Below are positions 28,298-36,075 of a stretch of 64,000 nt of DNA, piece after piece. The position numbers were made by a program, and so were the translations under genes. The notes under the pieces were generated by a model. It was not told the origin of the DNA, searched no databases, and saw only the letters and a program-made list of their open reading frames with translations. Source of the stretch: a virus (taxonomy: Duplodnaviria; Heunggongvirae; Uroviricota; Caudoviricetes); IMG/VR virus record IMGVR_UViG_2531839524_000004, one strand, 5' to 3'. Positions within the stretch are counted from its first letter, which is position 1, and each line of letters begins with the position of its first letter.

Positions 28298-28376
28298 ACA
28301 CAGCGTTGAGCGGTTTGGCCTTTTAATCAACTCGATTAAGACTCCGCTAACATAAACCAGACCGCTCAACGCTGTG
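28298..28376 (+). ncRNA. Hairpin element C (16-bp perfect stem, 46-nt loop) abutting the 3' end of tRNA-Ser
   Basis: 'CACAGCGTTGAGCGGT' pairs with 'ACCGCTCAACGCTGTG'; loop contains 'TTTTAATCAACTC' and 'GACTCC'. Confidence 0.45.
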
Positions 28377-28450
28377 ATAGATAATTACGGCAGACGTTCT
28401 TAACCATAGCTTGCTAACATCCTAGCAACACTTTTTTCAGCGCAAAATTC

Positions 28451-28473
28451 AAAGGGGCTTCGGCCCCTTTTTT
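28451..28473. terminator. Bidirectional rho-independent terminator
   Basis: 'AAAGGGGC-TTCG-GCCCCTTTTTT' with an A-tract on the other side; between the tRNA cluster and the convergent minus-strand gene. Confidence 0.65.
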
Positions 28474-28488
28474 GTTGAACAGTGCAAT

Positions 28489-29751
28489 TTACTTTGCATA
28501 GTCGCCCAATTTTAATATTTCGCGCTTATATTCATTAACCATGCTACTGGATTCAGTATAAATTCGATTTAAAAGATTATCGTTATCTTTATTTTCATTT
28601 ATCTTAATTAGTGCTAATTTATATTCATAGTCATCAAATGCCACAATTAAATGGTGGCCTGGGATTATATCTTCGTCACTCTTAAAGTATATATCTTCAA
28701 GTATGTAATCTAGTTGATTAGATTTTCTTTTCTCGATGTAATCTTCAGCCATAGCTATTACATCATTCCTGTCATTTAACCTGTTTTTTTCGGAAGGCAC
28801 ATCTTCGTAATGTTGCACGATTGAACAACCAATAAGGCGTGGGATGTAAACGTCAAAATGAGTAACTCTATCATTCGCGGTTTTAAGTAGTTCCTCAAAG
28901 TAGTTTCTTACATGTAAAGGCAACTTCTCAAAGTAATCATTAATTATAGGAGAACAAGGAGTTTTATAATTCATAAGAACCGACGGTACGAGCTTTGGGT
29001 GTCGAAACATCCAGTCCCTTTTAACGTCCGATGGAACATAATAACTTTTAATGATATTATCAAAATAATTTATCATTCGAGATTTGAATATTTTGTTGAA
29101 TCTAAGGTTTATGAATGTATCCAGATAAGGCATATTTGAATAAGCATCATCAAAAAATATTTCATCATTGAAAAAATCATATTTATTCAATAAACAACAC
29201 AGTTTTTCCGAATTAATATGTTCACAATAATCGATTTTTAATCCAAAGATAGCAATGATCAACTTCATCTGAGGTGGGATTTTAAAAATTAATTGTGACA
29301 CATACGCTCTTTTTTCCTTGAGACATTCCCCATCAATATAAAATGAACCATCCACATACTCAAATATATTAATAATATGCTTCACATACTGTATTACCTC
29401 ATGCTGTCTTACCAATGGATAATATAGTCTATGTAACTCATCGCTGTTTAAATTAATTTTGTGTTTATCGATAATTTGTTTTGCAAGAAGACATAACTCA
29501 TCATGTTGATTTAATAAGGAATCAAACCATTGTTTAAATGCACTCTTTCGCATTTCGAACAATGATTCAGTTGTTAATTGAAGGGCTGAAAAAGCTGCTT
29601 TTGCACTTTTTCTCGCTTCGTAGGCATTCCATGCTGTTGCTATAAAAGCAAATGCTGTAGCCAATGTTCCAACAGTTTGACCATTTAAAACAACCCAATC
29701 CCAAAAAATGACGGTGAGCAGTAGTATAATAATGAAAATTAAAAAAGGCAT
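28489..29751 (-). CDS. Membrane-anchored hypothetical protein encoded in an AT-rich island
   Basis: 420 aa; two N-terminal TM segments then a large soluble domain with no motif I recognise; locus is visibly much more AT-rich than surrounding phage genes. Confidence 0.6.
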   Translation of the reverse strand: MPFLIFIIILLLTVIFWDWVVLNGQTVGTLATAFAFIATAWNAYEARKSAKAAFSALQLTTESLFEMRKSAFKQWFDSLLNQHDELCLLAKQIIDKHKINLNSDELHRLYYPLVRQHEVIQYVKHIINIFEYVDGSFYIDGECLKEKRAYVSQLIFKIPPQMKLIIAIFGLKIDYCEHINSEKLCCLLNKYDFFNDEIFFDDAYSNMPYLDTFINLRFNKIFKSRMINYFDNIIKSYYVPSDVKRDWMFRHPKLVPSVLMNYKTPCSPIINDYFEKLPLHVRNYFEELLKTANDRVTHFDVYIPRLIGCSIVQHYEDVPSEKNRLNDRNDVIAMAEDYIEKRKSNQLDYILEDIYFKSDEDIIPGHHLIVAFDDYEYKLALIKINENKDNDNLLNRIYTESSSMVNEYKREILKLGDYAK

Positions 29752-29925
29752 GTATGTATTTCACTCTACTAACTATAAAATATTAGGCTAATGTTAACCA
29801 AACAATGCCTTAATTAATAGATTGATCGAGGCTTTAATAGCTTTATAATGCAGACTGTAAAGATAAGTATGCACATACCTATCTTCTTTGTAAGTAAAGT
29901 TGCATATCAATTCTATGAGGTAACA

Positions 29926-30171
29926 ATGACGATCACTATCTACGGACGAGATAACTGCTCATACTGCAAACGTGCGGTCGAGCTGGCGAAGCAACTAAAG
30001 GGACATGGCTACGGTGATTATGAGTACATCGACATCACCACTGCCGGTATCGACAAGGAAAAACTAAGTGAAATTGTTGGTAAACCGGTAGAGACTATCC
30101 CCCAAGTGCTGATCGATGGCCAACCGATTGGCGGATACACAGAACTGGCTGCATACGTCAGCACCCTCTGA
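29926..30171 (+). CDS. Glutaredoxin / NrdH-like redoxin
   Basis: 'MTITIYGRDNCSYCKRAVELA' carries the CxxC active-site motif at the expected position; about 80 aa from the internal ATG of the 29848 ORF. Confidence 0.7.
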   Translation: MTITIYGRDNCSYCKRAVELAKQLKGHGYGDYEYIDITTAGIDKEKLSEIVGKPVETIPQVLIDGQPIGGYTELAAYVSTL

Positions 30172-30176
30172 TTTTA

Positions 30177-30198
30177 ACGGCTCACAGGAGCCGTTTTT
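30177..30198 (+). terminator. Rho-independent terminator
   Basis: 'ACGGCTC-ACAG-GAGCCGT' followed by TTTTT, immediately after the redoxin gene. Confidence 0.6.
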
Positions 30199-30250
30199 AT
30201 TCCCACCAAACTCACTCCCGTTTCCCTTAAAATTCAAAAAACAACGTCAA

Positions 30251-30283
30251 AATGATTCCATACCTACTATGTATGGAATCATT
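30251..30283. other. Candidate site-specific recombination site: perfect 13-bp inverted repeats around a 7-bp spacer
   Basis: 'AATGATTCCATAC-CTACTAT-GTATGGAATCATT', about 100 bp upstream of the tyrosine recombinase gene. Confidence 0.45.
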
Positions 30284-30381
30284 ACTGAAAATGAGTTACT
30301 TTGACTCTTGATCCTATAAGAATCTATGCCTAATATACTGTTTACTTATACAGTGAATCGGCGTAACTCGGTGATTGTCAT

Positions 30382-31485
30382 ATGAAAAATAGCTTTGACA
30401 GAGCACGCGCTGCGGAGAACACCTCAAAAGAGGCGATTGAGTATCTCGAAAGAGCATCTCAAATGCAGGCCGTTATGATCTCGCAGGTTAGCAATGATAT
30501 GAGATTCTCGGACGCATTCATGTTATTTACTCGCTTATCTCTGCTGATAACAAGACGTCGGCCGGAGATCGCTGTTCATTGTATTTTGATACATGTTTTG
30601 CCGCACATTGCTGATGTAAAAGTAAGTGACATTAATAGGTTCATGGTGAACCAACTGGTCAACCCCCTAATACTGGATGGCAAAATTGTTATGGGCCGCC
30701 GCGTTTTCTCTCTGATGAAGCAGTTCCTTAGCTGGTGTGCCTTCCAGGGGATGATCGACGTGTCACCGTTAAACGATATGTCACTAAACAAAGTTGCCGG
30801 TGGCGCAAAGCCCACGCCTCGCGAGCGGAAGCTAACCGACGCAGAGGTATGGGTGTTCTGGAATATATGGGACTACTTCAATGTGTGCGCTGGTACAAAA
30901 TGGGCGGCCAGGCTATGTCTTGTATCCGCAAGACGACCTGACGAAGTACTGCGGGCTAAAAAAAGTGAGTTCAACCTCCAGCGTGGGGTTTGGAATCAAG
31001 GCAAGAGAAACAAATCAGCCCGTGAGCATTCTCTGCCTTTAAGCACATTAATGCGCACATGCATTGAAGAGTTATTCGAATATGGTAAAGGCAGCCAGTG
31101 GCTTGTGCCTTCGAATAAAAAAATCGGGAAAGATCTTCCGATGTCTAAAGTGGCAATAGCCCAGGCATTACGCCGTATCCTGGAACGACCAGAACTGATG
31201 GAGCTTGAGCCATTTACACCACGAGATTTGCGTCGTACTGCGCGTAGTTACTTCCCAGCATTAGGCATAAGCCAGGAGGTATCACGTAAAATCATGAACC
31301 ACAGTCTTGAGGGGATAGATCGGGTCTACGACCGGCACGATTATATGGACGAGATGCGAGACGCCTTAGAAAGTTTCTCGACGTACATCGCATCAATCGT
31401 AGAGCAACCGGATTTAGACGAAATTGACCACAAATTCAAGGGAGATCGTCTATCGACAGAGCTTATTCGTGTAAATTTTTCATAG
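30382..31485 (+). CDS. Tyrosine recombinase / integrase-family protein
   Basis: C-terminal 'TPRDLRRTARSYF...IMNHSLEGIDRVYDRHDY' resembles the HxxR...H...Y catalytic region of tyrosine recombinases, with Arg where the first His is usual; 'SARRPDEVL' is a box I-like Arg. Confidence 0.65.
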   Translation: MKNSFDRARAAENTSKEAIEYLERASQMQAVMISQVSNDMRFSDAFMLFTRLSLLITRRRPEIAVHCILIHVLPHIADVKVSDINRFMVNQLVNPLILDGKIVMGRRVFSLMKQFLSWCAFQGMIDVSPLNDMSLNKVAGGAKPTPRERKLTDAEVWVFWNIWDYFNVCAGTKWAARLCLVSARRPDEVLRAKKSEFNLQRGVWNQGKRNKSAREHSLPLSTLMRTCIEELFEYGKGSQWLVPSNKKIGKDLPMSKVAIAQALRRILERPELMELEPFTPRDLRRTARSYFPALGISQEVSRKIMNHSLEGIDRVYDRHDYMDEMRDALESFSTYIASIVEQPDLDEIDHKFKGDRLSTELIRVNFS

Positions 31486-31866
31486 AGACTTTATGGCCTC
31501 AACAACCTTTTGTGATGCGCCTTTCTCTTTACCGAATCGCTCGTTATATGCAGCAAGAACCTGTTTTTCGTCCTCGTTAAGAGGAGCAGTGCCTTCTTTG
31601 TATAAAAATGCTGCGAGTTCGGGTTGGCGTTCTTCCAGCACCATCATCATAAGACGACTTGGCTCAATACCCAGTGCCAGCGCCAGCGGACGAACCTTAT
31701 CGATAGGCAAAGGAATTTTGCCGCTTTTAATTAAAGAAAGGTTGTTGGCGTTTTTATACCCAATTGTTTTGGCTATCTGGGCCTGGCTCATAGGTGAGGA
31801 TTCAATCAACCCTGCGATAAAAGCAGCGTAGCGACTTTCTATAAATTCAATCTTGTTGTCAGACAT
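31480..31866 (-). CDS. XRE-family helix-turn-helix transcriptional regulator
   Basis: 'SQAQIAKTIGYKNANNLSLIKSGK' HTH-like segment; 128 aa; convergent with the recombinase and divergent from the vWA/AAA+ operon across a 560-bp AT-rich region. Confidence 0.6.
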   Translation of the reverse strand: MSDNKIEFIESRYAAFIAGLIESSPMSQAQIAKTIGYKNANNLSLIKSGKIPLPIDKVRPLALALGIEPSRLMMMVLEERQPELAAFLYKEGTAPLNEDEKQVLAAYNERFGKEKGASQKVVEAIKSL

Positions 31867-32118
31867 TGTTACAACCTTTGCGCGTTCAATTCTCTCTGGT
31901 AAGTGCTTACCGATATTACATCAAAGGTTAGGGTTGTAAAGCTATTATCATTTTTTTCGATAGGCACTTAAAAGACCGGTTAAAGGCCATTGCACGGAGA
32001 AAAAATTAGCCCAAAACAGGTAAGAAAATTAACTTGCATCTAATATGGATGTATTCAGTATTGATATAAATTTTAGTAGTATTCCTTACAATAGTATAAG
32101 TAAGAATGGATTGATTGA

Positions 32119-32331
32119 ATGAACACCACTATTTCCAGCCTAATAGCTCTTGAGATCGGACACGTACAAAAATTAGCTGATGAGTGTGTAGCTGACATCC
32201 TCACCGAGCTACCGAATGAGCAGATTGAGGTTGGTGTGAATGACACAACTGGCTTTATATTCGAACTTAACAACAAACGCTTCACGCTTATCAATACCGG
32301 CTCCGGGTCTTTAGCCGTCAGAACCTGTTAA
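32119..32331 (+). CDS. Hypothetical small protein
   Basis: 70-aa ORF in the AT-rich intergenic region; coding status uncertain. Confidence 0.3.
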   Translation: MNTTISSLIALEIGHVQKLADECVADILTELPNEQIEVGVNDTTGFIFELNNKRFTLINTGSGSLAVRTC

Positions 32332-32429
32332 TCCCTCTTCTACCTGCGCGAATGGCTTAGTTCCCTGTTCGCGCAGTGCTACATTAAACACACTAGTAAA
32401 TAATTTGTTTTCATAACAAAGGATTAGCC

Positions 32430-34538
32430 ATGTCTAAAAAACGTTCCATCAAAGAGGTTCAGGACTTCCGTGACAGTGTAAAACGAGTAGTCGCTCTCCT
32501 TTCAGGTAAAAACATCCCTGTTGCAGAACGAGGGGACGACGCTTATGTACGCTATAACGATGATGGAGAGCCAATTCTCGTAAACATCCCATCAATCCCG
32601 GATAACGCAACACCGGCATTGATGAATGCTGTGCGCGGATTTCTCGATCATGAGGTTGCTCACATTTTGTTTACCGATATTCGTGTGTCCAACAAAATGA
32701 GAGAAAAAGGACGCGTTCCTTCCTGGTCGCTATGGAATGCCTTAGAAGACGTGTTCATCGAGCGAAAAATGGGTCAGGTCTTTAACGGAACAAGACGTAA
32801 TCTGATGGCAACTCAGCGCCTTATAATCGAAAAAGTCTTTAAACCAAAGGCTTCAGAGGCTATTGCTTATTGTGGCAAAGATCAGCGCGCGCTTTTTCTA
32901 AACTTCTTTCTCTGTCCGGTTGTAAGAGCCTGGGATGGCCAAGCACCGTTCGTAGATTTCATGGATGAATATTGGCCTGTCATTGAGAAACCAATTTCAT
33001 TATTAAAAGAACATGGTATCGATGTGGCCGTGCGTAACATGTCTTGCACCGAGGATTGTGTAAAGGTGGCTGCGACCATAGCTAAGATCCTCAAAGACAC
33101 TGAAAGTGAAAGCAAAGGTAAGGAGTCAGCTCCGGGAAAAACTTCCGATCCTTCAGACGCTGACCAGACGGATGCCTCTGGAGAAAACAATGAAGACAAC
33201 GAAGATCATGAGACACTCTCAGTGTTAGATAATCACAAATCTATCAAATCAGAATCACATAGTAAGTACAAACATGATAATAACGACAGTGATGATTCAG
33301 ATAATTCTGAATCATCAGAAACAATATTCGATGATACAGAAAATGATAAAGAGGTATCAGATTCTGATGCTTCTGATAACGCGGCGTCAGAATCATTAAC
33401 CGCTGACCACGAAAAAAGAAAAACGACAGAAGACGGCTCTTCAGATATCCCAACTCCGTCAAAAATGAGTCTGGAAGAGGCTTTAGAGGAGCTGGATAGC
33501 ATAGAAGATGAAGTCGGAGGCATGACAGAAGATGCTCTATCCGAAACGATTAAAAGCGAGTTAACAGAAAGCTCGAAAAGCGAATACAGGCCATACAATC
33601 GCTCATACGACTTCATCGGCTCGATTGATCAGGCAGAAGCCCATATCAAACGGCTTATTAAAACATTCTCCGATATTGATTTAGGTGGATATCCAATCAG
33701 CCGTTATCGCATCGTTCCTGAAGGCAACCAACTCTTCGACAAATATATTGAAAAGCACCTTTCGTCAGGTGTTTCGTCGACGCTGGCAAAAGACCTGGAA
33801 CGTGCAATAGCAAGCAGAAACAGAGTTCAGTTTATACCTGGCCAGCGTCGGGGGCGCATTCATGGTTCAAGTATCTACAGATTAACAATGAATGATGATC
33901 GCGTGTTTCGTAAAAAAGAAGAATCTAAAGCCGTTAACGCCTGTGTTCAACAAGTGATTGATTTATCAGGTTCAATGAGTGGTATAACGATACAATTGGC
34001 TCTTGCAAGTGCATATACCATCGCCGATGCCCTTGATCGAATAAATGTTCCCAACATTATCACCGGCTTCACTACATTTGGTAGTCATATGGCGGCAGGA
34101 GAACTTAAGGCTGTCAAGTATGAGTTCTCTCGCTTTGAATCTTTAATGCTACCTATCATCAAAAATTGGAATGAAAAGGTAAATTCTCGCGAAGTTCGCT
34201 CACGTATGGGGTGCGTAGGCTACACATTCCCACTTCTTAATAACGTGGATGGTGAAAGCATAGCCAGCCTTGCATCGTTATTTTCCGGTCGCATGGAGGA
34301 CAGGAAGATCATGCTTGTTCTGAGTGATGGCGCGCCGTGGGCTGTTGGGAGAGGTTTTGACGCTCATTTGCGTTCAGTTGCGAAGCAAATTGAAACGCAG
34401 ACTGATATTGATTTGATGGCAATTGGCATCATGACTGACGCACCGGAGAGATTTTACGCAAATCATGCCCTGGTAACGAGCGTTGATAGTCTTGGTGCAT
34501 CTGTAGTTACTGAACTATCTCGTATCATTTTGAAGTGA
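32430..34538 (+). CDS. vWA-domain protein (CobT-like) with N-terminal HExxH motif and acidic linker
   Basis: 'FLDHEVAHILF' (HExxH) at residues 74-78; long acidic Ser/Asp/Glu-rich central region; C-terminal 'VIDLSGSMSG' MIDAS-type vWA motif. Confidence 0.7.
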   Translation: MSKKRSIKEVQDFRDSVKRVVALLSGKNIPVAERGDDAYVRYNDDGEPILVNIPSIPDNATPALMNAVRGFLDHEVAHILFTDIRVSNKMREKGRVPSWSLWNALEDVFIERKMGQVFNGTRRNLMATQRLIIEKVFKPKASEAIAYCGKDQRALFLNFFLCPVVRAWDGQAPFVDFMDEYWPVIEKPISLLKEHGIDVAVRNMSCTEDCVKVAATIAKILKDTESESKGKESAPGKTSDPSDADQTDASGENNEDNEDHETLSVLDNHKSIKSESHSKYKHDNNDSDDSDNSESSETIFDDTENDKEVSDSDASDNAASESLTADHEKRKTTEDGSSDIPTPSKMSLEEALEELDSIEDEVGGMTEDALSETIKSELTESSKSEYRPYNRSYDFIGSIDQAEAHIKRLIKTFSDIDLGGYPISRYRIVPEGNQLFDKYIEKHLSSGVSSTLAKDLERAIASRNRVQFIPGQRRGRIHGSSIYRLTMNDDRVFRKKEESKAVNACVQQVIDLSGSMSGITIQLALASAYTIADALDRINVPNIITGFTTFGSHMAAGELKAVKYEFSRFESLMLPIIKNWNEKVNSREVRSRMGCVGYTFPLLNNVDGESIASLASLFSGRMEDRKIMLVLSDGAPWAVGRGFDAHLRSVAKQIETQTDIDLMAIGIMTDAPERFYANHALVTSVDSLGASVVTELSRIILK

Positions 34539-34633
34539 TTAAAACAGCCTTAATGATAAGTAACTACTTATCATAGTTAATGGTATATTTATATAAGAAA
34601 TTAAACGCTCATTAGAGAACAAAGGAAAAGCGC

Positions 34634-35869
34634 ATGACTACGACTGCACTGCAAAATGATAAAAATCCTTCTGATTACCTTGTTTGCAAGTGGTGCGGCA
34701 AATCATTTCATTATTTTAAGTCCCATGTAGCCAATGGTAATTGCGAGGGCATTCCTGAGTCAGTAAAAGATGCCGATCCTGACACTGTACTGAAAATGTA
34801 CACAACGCAGTTTCCAGACGAGCCGACGCTATCAAAAAAGGCACTTGATGCAATTCAAGCCAAACGTGCCGAGCAAAAAAGCGAAATAGCCAAATCTTCT
34901 GGCGTAACCAGTAACCCAGGCTACACAGGCACAGTTGAGTACAAGACAGATCTGGTCGCAGCTCACGAACTGCTAGGTGTAACGGTGAAAGAACTCGGGA
35001 CAAAACGTGGGGCGCCGCTCATGGTTAGCGTCAACGTCAATACGCCGTTTCCAGAGTTCGTTCCAGAAGTGAAGCAGGGCTACGTATATGGCGACTTTGA
35101 ACTGATCAAAGACATTTTCATGATGCTTGAACTTGGCATACCAGGCTATTTGTGGGGTCATGCGGGAACAGGCAAATCATCATTACCTACACAGCTATGT
35201 GCTTTGCTCAATCGTCCGTTAATCCGTGCCCAACATACAGCATCAATGGAAGAGGCTCATGTTACTGGTCAAATTCTGGCGCGTGATGGCTCTACGTATT
35301 TCGAACCTGGCTTACTTGCGCTTGCCATGAAGCATGGCTGGGTTTACCTCGCGGATGAATACGACTTTGCGTTTCCACAAATTCTTGGCGTGTACCAGCC
35401 AGTGCTGGAAGGTGAGGCGTTGGTTATCAAAGAGGCGACTCCAGAATGGCGTCGCATTACTCCGCATGAACGATTTGCTTTCATTGGTACTGGCAACACA
35501 AACGGTTCTGGTGATGAAACCGGCTTGTACCAGGGTACAAATATCCAGAACGCCGCAAACTTTTCGCGTTTTGGCATCGTTTCGAACGTGAAATACATGA
35601 GCAAAGAGGCAGAGATCAACATGTTGATAAATGCCGGCATCGTGGATGAATACGCTGAGAAGATGGTTAAGTTTGCCGGTATCGTTCGCGATGGATACGA
35701 AGAACACAATATCAGCCAACCAATTGGGCCTCGTGAGCTTTTGTTGTCGGCCAAGATTGGAATGATGCGAGGCGACTTTGTGACAGGCATTGAGCGTTCT
35801 TTCATTAACAAACTCCCTTCAGCTTCTGCGCAAGCGGCTCGTGAAATTGTTCAGAAAATATTTGGTTAA
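34634..35869 (+). CDS. AAA+ ATPase (MoxR / CobS-like)
   Basis: Walker A 'GHAGTGKSS' and Walker B 'VYLADEYDFAFPQ'; immediately downstream of the vWA protein gene. Confidence 0.75.
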   Translation: MTTTALQNDKNPSDYLVCKWCGKSFHYFKSHVANGNCEGIPESVKDADPDTVLKMYTTQFPDEPTLSKKALDAIQAKRAEQKSEIAKSSGVTSNPGYTGTVEYKTDLVAAHELLGVTVKELGTKRGAPLMVSVNVNTPFPEFVPEVKQGYVYGDFELIKDIFMMLELGIPGYLWGHAGTGKSSLPTQLCALLNRPLIRAQHTASMEEAHVTGQILARDGSTYFEPGLLALAMKHGWVYLADEYDFAFPQILGVYQPVLEGEALVIKEATPEWRRITPHERFAFIGTGNTNGSGDETGLYQGTNIQNAANFSRFGIVSNVKYMSKEAEINMLINAGIVDEYAEKMVKFAGIVRDGYEEHNISQPIGPRELLLSAKIGMMRGDFVTGIERSFINKLPSASAQAAREIVQKIFG

Positions 35870-35871
35870 TC

Positions 35872-36075
35872 GTGCGTAAAGGATGTTTCGGCTCTCTTAT
35901 CGCTGCTTCTGAAACTGGTAAGGCTTGTCTGGTATGTCCAGACAAGCCCGATTGTCACCAATCAGCAAAAGAAGTTGCGATTTCGATGTATGGGAAGTTC
36001 GTAGGCTTCCCCAATGACAAAATCAAAAAAACCAGAAAGGTAAAAACACATGAAGGCTCTAATGGTTCGAACTGA
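35872..36075 (+). CDS. Small Cys-rich protein (putative zinc ribbon)
   Basis: 'CFGS...CLVCPDKPDC'; 67 aa; overlaps the polymerase start. Confidence 0.35.
   Translation: MRKGCFGSLIAASETGKACLVCPDKPDCHQSAKEVAISMYGKFVGFPNDKIKKTRKVKTHEGSNGSN

Noticed and set aside
27772-28369. ORFs overlapping the tRNA genes (27772-27954, 27932-28177 plus; 28037-28369 minus)
   Set aside because: They run through tRNA sequences and hairpin elements; coding is implausible.
30116-30304. 62-aa ORF spanning the 13-7-13 inverted repeat
   Set aside because: It reads through a terminator and the palindromic site and is more AT-rich than its coding neighbours; the sequence is better explained as a regulatory or recombination region.
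30382-31485. Interpretation of the tyrosine recombinase as a chromosomal integrase marking a prophage boundary
   Set aside because: The gene sits in the middle of contiguous phage and plasmid functions with no host genes in the window, and the genome has its own iteron replicon and partition system; a resolution or inversion role fits better, though integration cannot be excluded from sequence alone.
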